A stretch of DNA of 36,746 nucleotides from Octopus sinensis (GCF_006345805.1 NW_021836863.1:1-36746); one strand, 5' to 3'. Shown: positions 22,092 to 32,367, counted from the first letter of the stretch. Notes: generated by a model from the sequence alone, not told the origin. Program-made: numbers and translations.

Positions 22092-22288
22092 GTGTGTCTG
22101 TGTTTGTCCCCCTAGCTTTGCTTGACAACCGATGCTGGTGTGTTTACGGCCCCGTCACTTAGCGGTTCGGCAAAAGAGACCGATAGAATAAGTACTGGGC
22201 TTACAAAGAATAAGTCCCGAGGTCCGATTTGCTCGACTGAAGGCCGTGCTCCAGCGTGGTCGCAGTCAAATGACTGAAACAAGTAAAA
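21834..22288 (+). mobile_element. SINE-A
   Basis: Head, core, internal (TA)/(TG) tract and tail. Confidence 0.9.
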
Positions 22289-22318
22289 TAAATACATACA
22301 TATATATATATATATATA

Positions 22319-22655
22319 CTCTTTTACTCTTTTACTTGTTTCAGTCATTTTGACTGCGGCCATGCTGGAGCACCGCCTTTTAGTCGAGCAACTCGACCCC
22401 GGGACTCATTCTTTTTGTAAGCCCAGTACTTATTCTATCGGTCTCTTTTTGCCGAACCGCTAAGTGACGGGGACGTAAACACACCAGCATCGGTTGTCAA
22501 GCAATGCTAGGGGAACAAACACAGACACACAAACACACACACATATAGGACAGGCTTCTTTCAGTTTCCGTCTACCAAATCCACTCACAAGGCATTGGTC
22601 GGCCCGGGGCTATAGCAGAAGACACTTGCCCAAGATGCCACGCAGTGGGACTGAA
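22319..22655 (-). mobile_element. SINE-A (5'-truncated)
   Basis: Reverse complement of SINE-A from the tail to the B-box. Confidence 0.88.
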
Positions 22656-23089
22656 TATATATGTTTTTATATATATATATATATTATTATATATATATAT
22701 ATAATATATATATATATATATTGGTATGCATGTATATATATATATGTATATATATGTGTGTGTATTTATTTATGAATTTATTCTCTACAAAAGTCTAGAA
22801 TAACCTATCATATTTATGTGAAACTGTTTTTATTATAACTGAACGTAAAAACAAATATTAATTATATACGTGTGTCTGTGTCTGTGTGTATGCAATATGT
22901 ATATATGCATGCATGTATGTATATTAAAAGTCCTGTACACTCTGTAAATGTATATAAATATATCTATGTTCATACAATACTAAATACAACCATACACCGT
23001 TTTTGTTCATCTGGTCTTGTGGTGATAGCCGTGGCAGGAATCAAAGGGGAATGGTTCGGAAGTGTGGTTGGAAGTGTAGGAGATAGTAT

Positions 23090-23189
23090 AGAGGTGGTGT
23101 GATGTTGTGGTGGTGGTGGTGGTGGTGGTGGGTGAGGTTGGCTGTGGAGGTTATGAACATAATGCCAGGAGTGCTTGTTGCTGTTGTTG

Positions 23190-23221
<32 letters not shown>

Positions 23222-23600
23222 GGCTGCGGTGGAGGTAGTGGTGACAGTGGGGGTGGTGGTGGTGGTTGTAGGAGTGGAATGAAGCTGGCATGGGGGGAGG
23301 CGGGTTGTGTAGGAGTTAGTATTGGTGTGGTGTGATGTTGTGGTGGTGGTGGTAGTTGTGATATTGGCATGGCATGATTGTGTTAATGATGGCAGGGGGA
23401 TGGTGGTGGTGGTGGCGGTTGTAATGGTGGTAGTGGTGGTGGTGGTGGTGGTGGGTGTGGTAGTGGCATGGGCAGGGAGGGGGGGAAGGATAGTGTTAAT
23501 GATGGTTGGGTGGTGGTGGTGGTGGAGGTGCTAACCAGAAGAATGAGGTTACAGTAGTGGCGGTGGTGGAGGTGGTGGTGGAGGTGGTGCAGTGTTCTGT
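23090..23600. repeat. (GGT)n/(GTT)n low-complexity tract
   Basis: Direct inspection. Confidence 0.9.
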
Positions 23601-23907
23601 TCTGTCAGCCCCACCTCCAAAACATCACATCATAAACAGGGGGTGGGGGTGGAGGAGGAAGAGGAGGGTCTGGGAACATGGGACGGGGGGGTGCAGTGGG
23701 GGAGTGGGGAGTAGGATGTGTGTGCCTGGGGCGGGCTGACATTCAGCCGGGATAATAAATGAGAAGGAAGGTCGTGGGTGGAGGGGAGCAGGGAGCGTGG
23801 GAGCGTGGTCGGGGGGGGGGAGAAGAGTGGAGGGCGTGGGGCAGGAACAAGGGCATGAAAGTATCACACGGACAGGAACTGAAACCCACATCATTGGTTC
23901 TCGAGAG

Positions 23908-24108
23908 ATGCTAGGGGGGGACAAACACACACACACACACATATATATATACGACGGGCTTCTTTCAGTTTCCGTCTACCAAATCCACTCACAAGGCTTC
24001 GGTCAGCCTGAAGCTATAGTAGAAGACATTTGCCCAAGTTGTGATGCAGTGGGACTGAACCTGGAACCCTGTGGTTGGGAAGCAAGCTACTTACTGCACA
24101 GCCACTCT
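23908..24108 (-). mobile_element. SINE-A 5' part
   Basis: Reverse complement of head and core. Confidence 0.85.
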
Positions 24109-24514
24109 TGTTCAGAATTTCTTTAATTAAGTTAGTTTTGATTTGGACCCCATATAACATATAATGCAAAACCTCACTGGAGAGAAGTGATGCTGAACCA
24201 GTGTGTGTATTTATTATTATTGGCAGAATGACCCATCAGGTGTGGTTGTGTGGTAAGAAGCTTGCTTTGAAGAAAATGGAAAGGAGGCCGGTGCGAGGGG
24301 CTTCTGTCCTGCACGGAGGACCCTGAGTGGCCTTCGCAGGTGGCTGCGGAGGTCCTATGGGATAGTGATCTGTGCAGGATCATGAATTCCTTCCCGGAGG
24401 ACTCCTACAGATTTATGGCTGCGTGGTCCGGCCTGGAACCGAGTACATGCTTCAGTGAAGCAAGGAGACTGGTCGGCCGGATAACTTGACCTTTTGGACT
24501 CAAAAAAGAGTCTA

Positions 24515-24845
24515 CATCATCATCATCATCATCATCATCGTTTAACGTCCGTTTTCCATGCTAGCATGGGTTGGACGGTTCAACTGGGGTCTGGGAAGCC
24601 GGGAGGCTGCGCCAGGCCCAGTCTGATCTGGCAGTGTTTCTACAGCTGGATGCCCTTCCTAATGCCAACCACTCCGAGAGTGTAGTGGGTGCTTTTTATG
24701 TGCCACCTGCACAGGTGCCAGACGAGGCTGGCAAACGGCCACGATCGGATGGTGCTTTTTTGTGCCACCGGCATGGAGGCCAGTTGGGGCGGCGCTGGCA
24801 ACGGCCACATTCGGACGGTTCTCTTACGTGCCACCAGCACTGGTA
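24515..24845 (-). mobile_element. SINE-C with internal GC-rich repeat units
   Basis: (CAT)n, V-like body, GGCACAGGTGCCAGACGAGGCTGGCAAACGGCCACGATCGGATGG-type units. Confidence 0.8.
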
Positions 24846-25108
24846 TACAAAATGTGAAATATGTGACTTTTTGTGTAATGTACAAAAAAAGAAAGAATTC
24901 TGAACATTGTGTTTTTTATGCCTCATTGTGTTTTGGGGGAAAAAGGGAAAAAAGAACAATGTTTTAGAGGAGCGAAAGTCGGTGGGTGCTTTTCGTCTTC
25001 TCCCATCATCATCATTTTTGCATCATTATCATTCATCCCATTAATGTCCGTGTCCAGCCTGCAAAGCTTCTATCTGTGCGATGCCCTTGTGGCAAATTGA
25101 ATGAAATA

Positions 25109-25722
25109 AAGAAGCTTGCTTTGAAACCACATGGTTCCAGGTTCAGCCCCACTGCATGGCACCTTGGGCAAGTATTTTCTACTACAGCCCTGCACCAACC
25201 AAAGCATCGTGAATACATTTGGTAGATGGAAACTGAAAGAAGCCTGTTGTATACATATATTTCTTTACTGCCCACAAGGGGCTAAACATAGAGGGGACAA
25301 ACAAGGACAGACAAAGGGATTAAGTCGATTATATCGACCCCAGTGCATAACTGGTACTTAATTTATCGACCCCGAAAGGATGAAAGGAAAAGTCGACCTC
25401 GGCAGAATTTGAACTCAGAACGTAACGGCAGACGAAATACAGCTACGCATTTCACCCGGCGTGCTAACGTTTCTGCCAGCTCACCGCCTGTTGTATATAT
25501 ATGTGTGTGTTTGTGTCTGTGTTTTTCCCACCACCATACCACTTGATAACTGGTGTTGGTGTGTTTACATCCCTGTAGCTTAGCAGTTTGGCAAAAGAGA
25601 CCCTGATAGGAAAAGTATCTGGCTTCATAGAACAAAAATAAGTACAGGTGTACTAAAGAATTCTTCAAGGCAGTGCCCCAGCATGGCCACGGTTTAATGA
25701 CAGAAACAAATACAAGATAAAA
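25109..25722 (+). mobile_element. SINE-A interrupted by SINE-B
   Basis: Head and core 25109-25258; 3' body resumes at ~25500. Confidence 0.8.
25259..25488 (-). mobile_element. SINE-B nested in SINE-A with TSD
   Basis: GCCTGTTGTATACATAT (25242-25258) versus GCCTGTTGTATATATAT (25486-25502). Confidence 0.88.
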
Positions 25723-26670
25723 TGTGGAAGACATATTCTTTCCATGTACCCTGGCTGGGGGGGGGGGCAACCAGATTGGAGGCATTTCGTACCAGTTATT
25801 AACTGGGGGATCTTTTATGTTTCTGAACCTCTACACCATGTCTTTTGATCCAGTCAACATCTGCCTGCTCTGTCTGTCTGTCTGTGTGTCCTACCTGTGT
25901 TCTGCTGACGTGCAATGGAAGCAGACCCATGCATGTGTGTCTGGGTGAGACGAACCCTTCCCTTTCCTCGAAACACACACACACACACACATGCATGTAT
26001 ATGCATATACATATATACATGAATATACACACACACACACACATATATATCTTCATATACACACACATATATATATATATATTTTATATGTATATACATA
26101 CACAATATAGAGATATATGTGTGTGTGTATGTCTGTCTGTCTGTCTCTCTCTCATTTTGTATATATATCTGTATACATAACCCAAAAAATAAGCAACATT
26201 TGAATCTAAATTGTTTTATCTGTTTACATATATATATCTGTATATATATATATATATGTGTATATCTATCTATCTATCTATCTATCTGTCTATTTATCTA
26301 TCTGTCTAGATATATATACATATATATATGTCAATATATATATACATATATATATATATCTGTATATATATATAAAATATATATATATATATATATATAT
26401 GTCTATATATATACATATATATATATATCTGTATATATGTATGTATGTGTGTGTATGTTTATATAAATGGACCAATTAGCACTAATTAACAATTAAGTCG
26501 TTCTACACACAGTTACCGATTCTAAACTATGTGCTAATTACATCCAACCTTGATTAAGTAATTGCTTGAAAAAATAATATTGAAAAATAAAAAAAAATTA
26601 ACGGTATGTCTACGAATATTTGTTACATTTTACTTAACAAGTCATCAGAAAAATAATTGGATGTGTGTGT

Positions 26671-26870
26671 GTTGTTGTTGTTTAACTCCAGGTCAGTCCA
26701 GATCCAGCAGACAGACCTATTATCAAAGACGTTCCAGCTGTGACCATCCCATCGTTTATTCAGACATAACGTATCTAGGACTACATTATCTAATGTATAG
26801 TATAGTAGTTAGTATTAGTGCCTATAGTTATTGTTGTTTAGCCACGGGTCAATCCTGATCCAGACAAGCC
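26671..26870 (-). repeat. Repeat family F (about 1.3 units)
   Basis: Same unit and TAGTAGTTAGTATTAGTG linker as 20154-20499. Confidence 0.8.
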
Positions 26871-26934
26871 TATGTATGAGTGTGTATGTGCATGTGTCAA
26901 GCATTTGTTTTAAGTTAGACCTGCTTCCTGGTCA

Positions 26935-27241
26935 TCTTTATATATAAAATTGAACTTGTGAGTGTGAGACTCTGTCTCCTCCGATTTAGATTCCTAACTA
27001 CTCCCACATTTTGCGGTGCAGTTTAACCAAAAGCGGGTATCATATAGTCGTCATTCATATCGAGCCCTTCTGGGTATTAGCGCACGTCTACGATGGGTCT
27101 ACGATTTAAAAAAAAAATTACCATCGTTTTTCCGCATTTTTAATGATTTTTGCTCGGGTTATATAAGGGAAGTAACTCTCTAAAAATGCTTATATGGTTA
27201 TTTCCCTTACAAACCTGAGCAATGCCAGGCGATACTGCTAG
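26935..27241 (+). mobile_element. Non-autonomous Helitron
   Basis: A|TCTTTATATATAAAA ... CCTGAGCAATGCCAGGCGATACTGCTAG|T. Confidence 0.87.
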
Positions 27242-27330
27242 TACCCTATAAAACTGAGATCATCTCTCCCTCATTTGATCTCCTCGGTTAATGGCTAATA
27301 GAGATGTACGCTCTCTGCCAGCCAGTCGAG

Positions 27331-27538
27331 TGTAGGAGATCACTTAGCCCCGTCTAACTGTGATTTGAAACCAAATCTACACACATGTTACTTTGTCAGA
27401 CATTTGTCTAATTCCATTGTGTTTTATCTCCATACTGAGAGATCGATGAAAAATGGAATCAGACAGTCATCTGACAAGCGGCAAGTGTGTAGATTCGATT
27501 TCGAATCTCAATTAGGAAGGGCTAAGTGAGCTCCTACA
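27331..27538. repeat. Diverged foldback (about 90-bp arms)
   Basis: TGTAGGAGATCACTTAGCCC...AATCTACACAC versus GTGTGTAGATT...GGGCTAAGTGAGCTCCTACA. Confidence 0.8.
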
Positions 27539-27607
27539 GACAGTTATAGGGTGATGTTACAGTAACCCCTTGTATGTCCAAACCATTTCATTAGTTTATC
27601 TTAAATG

Positions 27608-28487
27608 CAAACTTGGGCATCAAACTGTTAATCTGTTGATCATTGATTAACAAAGTTAACATTTTTGTTAACAATTTAACTTTTAATTATCGAACTAATT
27701 AACTTCTGTTGACTTTAATTAATTTTGAAGTTAAGGGATTTCATAATTCTGGTACTTTTTAAAGGTGTTTTTAGGTGGTTTTAGAGCAAAAACTGATTTT
27801 TTTTTTGTTTTTTCTATAATAAAAATTAACATTAATGGTTTATCTGGAAGCTGTTCAGTGAGATGCAACCAAGAGAATACCCTCCATCAGGCATTTGCCA
27901 TATTCTGAACGCCTTACTTCCCTGGGAATGTACACATTGAAACTCCGACGTCTGGCAGCTGACTTGGCAGACACCCATAAAATTATTAACCCTCTTACAA
28001 ACAATAACTCTGAGCACCTTTTCAAACTCCACCCGTCTCACACCCGTGGACATGTTTACAAAGTCAGAAAACAGCACAGCTCCTTCCATGGCTTTCGAAA
28101 ACATTTTTCCACGCTGAGACTTGCTGAAGCATGGAACAAACTGCCGGCATCAGTTGTTGGTTGTCGGATCACTGCATCCTTGAAAACTTCCGTGCTTCCT
28201 GAGATTCGCCAACACCACACCTGAGCTTTCTCCCCTCCATACACACAAGCAAGCATCTATCTGACTCATACACTGTTCACTCCCCAAACAGATGCTTTAT
28301 ACGCAGTTTTTGATAAGTTGTGGGGCACCTGAGCACTGAATGCAATAATTTCATTATTATTATTATCGATAATTTCCATAACATTTAAAAAAAAAATTAA
28401 CTGATTGATGGTTATTGAAGTTAATTTTTTGGTTAACAGATTAATGGTTAACGAAGTTAATTTATTGATTGGCTGTGCCCACCTTTG
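27608..28487. mobile_element. hAT-like MITE carrying a nested LINE fragment
   Basis: TIR CAAACTTGGGCA / TGCCCACCTTTG (10/12); 8-bp flanks CTTAAATG (27600-27607) and CTTAATTG (28488-28495); internal TTAAC-rich repeats. Confidence 0.65.
27842..28366 (+). mobile_element. CR1-clade LINE 3' fragment (same group as 14024-17260)
   Basis: PYSERLTSLGMYTLKLRRLAADL...VRKQHSS...EAWNKLPASVV; 3' UTR GCACCTGAGCACTG and (ATT)n tail. Confidence 0.9.
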
Positions 28488-28553
28488 CTTAATTGTTAAT
28501 GTTTCTTTTCGGGATTTATGCTAACCATTATTTCATACATTCTGAATAATAAT

Positions 28554-28691
28554 GAGTGGTTGGCGTTAGGAAGGGCATCCAGCTGTAGAAACACTGCCAG
28601 ATCAGACTAGAGCCTGGTGCAGCCTCCATGGCTTACCCGTCGAACTGTCCAACCCATGCTAGCATGGAAAACGGACATTAAATGATGATGA
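28554..28691 (+). mobile_element. SINE-C 3' part
   Basis: GGTTGGCGTTAGGAAGGGCATCCAGCTG...GGACATTAAATGATGATG. Confidence 0.8.
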
Positions 28692-29429
28692 AGTTACACT
28701 GGTGGTTCAGAGAAAACATGGAATGGTCACGGCTGGAGAGTCTTTGATCATAGGTCTACAGAACTGTGTGTTTATAGGGGATAATTCCCTGATACACACA
28801 CACACACACACCACTACCATCAACCCAATCCTGTAAACAGGGCGGAGTCCTTCGATTTGGTGAGTCATACACACACACACACACAAAGATGTATACATAT
28901 TGTCACTCACAAGTATTGTGACACACCCAAACATTGATACTAATACATTCATACACACACACACACACACACATGCACACACACACACATATATATATAC
29001 ATATATATATGCGTATAAATCCACACATGCATATATATATATACATACATATATACATTTATATATACATATATATATACATACATATATATAAAGAGAG
29101 AGAGAGAAAGATAGATAGACACATACATACACACACATATGTATATATATGTATGTACATATACATATATAAATATATATACATGCATACACCAATACAT
29201 ACATATATACACATATATACTCACACACACACACATGCATCTGACTACTCACTAACAACACATGACCATCACCCAAAACCACGATACAATGTTGTCAAAT
29301 ATATCCGTGTGAAGACTTTCAATTCTAGAAACAGCTCTCACACACACCCACATACACACATGCACACATATACACGCACACACACACACACACATACACA
29401 TACACACTCATACATAAATGTACACACAT

Positions 29430-29580
29430 GTGTGTACGTCCCTGTAACCTAGCGGTTCGGCAAAAGAGACCGATAGAATAAGTACTAGGCTTACAAAGAA
29501 TAGGTTCTGTGGTCGATTTGCTTGACTAAAGGCGGTGCTCCAGCATGGCCACAATCAAGTGACTGAAACGAATAAAAGGA
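29430..29580 (+). mobile_element. SINE-A 3' part
   Basis: TAGCGGTTCGGCAAAAGAGACCGATAGAATAAGTAC...GACTGAAAC. Confidence 0.85.
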
Positions 29581-29611
29581 TATGTGTGTGTGTGTGTGTG
29601 TGCATGTATAT

Positions 29612-29653
<42 letters not shown>

Positions 29654-29657
<4 letters not shown>

Positions 29658-30540
29658 CAAATCAAAACAAATCAAAATAGATGAACATCAATGGAATTTG
29701 TATCTTTGTGGTGCCAGTGCCGGTGGCACGTGGCACACAAGGGGGCCGTCCGAACGTGGCCGTAGCCGGTGCCGCATCGACTGGCCTCCGTGCTGTGGGC
29801 ACGTAGCAAGCACCATCCGATCGTGGCCGTTTGCCAGCCTCATCTGGCACCTGTGTCGGTGCACATAAAAACACCATCCGAGCGTGGCCGTCTGCCAGCC
29901 TCGTCTGGCACCTGTGTCGGTGGCACATAAAAACACCATCCGAGCGTGGCCGTTTGCCAGCCTCGTCTGGCACCTGTGTCGGTGGCACATAAAATCACCC
30001 ACTACACTCTCGGAGTGGTTGGCGTTAGGAAGGGCATCCAGCTGTAGAAACACTGCCAGATCTGACTGGACTGGTGCAGCTTTCGGGCTCCCCAGACCCC
30101 AGTTGAACCGTCCAACCCATGCTAGCATGGAAAGCGGACGTTAAATGATGATGATGATGATGATGATGATGTATTCTGGAAATCGAAATCGAATTGAACC
30201 AGCCAGGATCCCTGGTCTGGTGGTATGTGAAAAGCACTATCCGACTCGTGGCCGATGCCAGCGCCGCCTCCACTGGCTTCCGTGCCGGCGACACGTAAAA
30301 TACACCAATCCAACCGTGGCCGTTGCCAGCTTCGCCTGGCACCTGTGCAGGTGGCACATAAAAAGCACCCACTACACTCACGGAGTGGTTGGCGTTAGGA
30401 AGGGCATCCAGCTGTAGAAGCATTGCCAGATAAGACTGGAGCCTGGTGCAGCCTTCTGGCTTCCCAGATCTCCGGTCGAACCGTCCAACCCATGCTAGCA
30501 TGGAGAACGGACGTTAAACGTTGATGATGATGATGATGAT
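29654..30540 (+). mobile_element. Two tandem SINE-C copies; the first has three ~62-bp internal repeats
   Basis: (GAT)n tails at ~30145-30171 and ~30522-30540; units starting GCACATAAAAACACCATCCGAGCG at 29861 and 29923. Confidence 0.8.
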
Positions 30541-30590
30541 GTGTGTGTGTGTGTATATATATATAATATATATATATATATAATATATAA

Positions 30591-30800
30591 AGTTAATTCA
30601 AACAAGAAAGCACAAAAACCACAACAACGTGAGGACGTGGAACAAATATAGTATTATTGGACGCTCAGGAAAGAAGGAAGAAGGAGGCTTTAATGTTTTG
30701 AGCGGAGCTCTTCGTCGGAAACATAGGAGAAGGAAAGATCCAGAGATGGGACGACAGAGGAAAAAAAGCGACAATGGTACACACGAGGTCACATTTTGAA
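30591..30800 (-). mobile_element. Penelope pLTR-like repeat family 1, second copy
   Basis: Reverse complement of 20917-21130; hammerhead region 30688-30722 reads GTTT CCGACGA A GAGC TCC GCTC AAAA CATT AAAG. Confidence 0.72.
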
Positions 30801-30831
30801 TGTATATATATATACATATATATATACACAC

Positions 30832-30884
<53 letters not shown>

Positions 30885-30904
30885 CATACATATATAAGGC
30901 AAAT

Positions 30905-31220
30905 GTGGAGGCGCAATGGCCTAGTGGTTAGGGCAGTGGACTCACGGTCGTAGGATCGTGGTTTCGATTCCCAGACAGGGCGTTGTGAGTGTTTATTGAG
31001 TGAAAACACCTAAAAGCTCCACGAGGCTCCAGCAGGGGCTGGTGGCGATCCCTGCTGTACTCTTTCGCCACAACTTTCTCTCACCCTTTCCTCTGTTGGC
31101 CTGCTCGTTTAGCCAGCGGGGTGGTGTCATTTGAAGGCTAAAACAATGCAAAGCGCATTGTGACCAGCGATGTGCAGCAACATCTGATAGCCTGGTCTGT
31201 CACGGTGATCACGGTGATAT
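30905..31220 (+). mobile_element. SINE-D (tail type 2) with TSD
   Basis: Same head and body as 7885-~8070 but a different tail; AGGCAAAT at 30897-30904 and 31222-31229. Confidence 0.85.
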
Positions 31221-31223
31221 GAG

Positions 31224-31529
31224 GCAAATAAGAAGATGGAGAGGATAATCAATGGGTAAACATCAGCCTGTAAACATTCGTTTGGATCCTTTTATTAATT
31301 GATTGCAATCGTATGCAGAAGTAATCAAGATAAACAAATGAAATAATCAAATAAACAAGTAAATAAATAGATAAATAAAAATAAACGAAGAAGAATAAAT
31401 GAGTGAAATTTCATTTGTTTATCTTAATTACTTAATCATTTGATTGCAATCAATTAATAAATAGATCCAAACGAATGTTTACAGGCTGGTCTTGGTCCAT
31501 TGATTATCCGATTCATTTTCTTATTTGCT
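31224..31529. repeat. ~305-bp foldback/MITE-like palindrome
   Basis: CAGCCTGTAAACATTCGTTTGGATC...TTAATTGATTGCAATC mirrored by GATTGCAATCAATTAAT...GATCCAAACGAATGTTTACAGGCTG; ends GCAAATAAGAA / TTCTTATTTGC. Confidence 0.85.
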
Positions 31530-31548
31530 TTGTAAATCCTGGGTATTC

Positions 31549-31690
31549 TGTTGTGTCTGGGGAGAGCCGGTTCCCTTTTGGGGCCTTATAATCTAACCCT
31601 AACTCACCGCAGAAATTCCCACTTTCTTTTTTTTCTTATTTTTATTTTCCTAAAATTTTTGTTTTGTCTTTTCAATAGTTTTGACTCTGT
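31549..31690 (-). repeat. Third, more diverged copy of pLTR-like family 2 (no LINE attached)
   Basis: CTGTTGTGTCTGGGGAGAG...TTATTTTTATTTTCCTAAAATTTT...TTTTCAATAGTT. Confidence 0.65.
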
Positions 31691-31719
31691 CCGTTATTTA
31701 CACTGTGATCCCTTTTGCC

Positions 31720-32232
31720 CTTTTGTGCGCATGCATGTGGTGGGGGGTCAGTTCAACCGGGGTCTGGGAAGCCAGGAGGCTGCACCAGGCTCCAGTCTGA
31801 TCTGGCAGTGTTTCTACAGCTGGATGCCCTTCGTAACGCCAACCACTCTGTGAGTGTTGTGGGTGCTTTTACGTGCCAGGCGAGACTAACAATGGCCACG
31901 ATCGGTTGGTGGTTTTTACATGCCACCGGCACAGAGGTCAGTTGAGGCGGCGCTGGCAATGTTACCACCGGCACTGGTATCACAACTACAATTTCCATTG
32001 ATTTTGATCGATTTCAATTTCACTTGCCTCAACAGGTCTTCGCAAGCAGAGTTCTGTGTCCCAAGGAGGAAAGGTATGCATAAGTGGACTGGCTACATCC
32101 CAGGTAAAGGCCTCGGGTTATGGCCTCACTTGTCCTGCCGGGTCTTCTCACGCACAGCATATTTCCAAAGGTCTCGGTCACTAGTCATTGCTTCAGTGAG
32201 ACCTAAAGTTCGAAGGTCGTGCTTCACCACCA
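31720..32232 (-). mobile_element. SINE-C with long upstream extension
   Basis: V-like body at 31750-31860; the extension at 31990-32130 recurs inverted at ~36610-36746. Confidence 0.7.
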
Positions 32233-32233
32233 C

Positions 32234-32266
<33 letters not shown>

Positions 32267-32367
32267 CATCATTATTAATAAGGTGGTGAGCTGGCAGAAT
32301 TATTAGCCGGCTGGACGAAATGTTTAGCAGTATTTCACCATTGCTACACAGACACAGACATACATAT

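Noticed and set aside
23041-23942. Pro/Gly/Val-rich ORFs (extensin or mucin-like)
   Set aside because: (GGT)n/(GTT)n low complexity with no splice or domain support.
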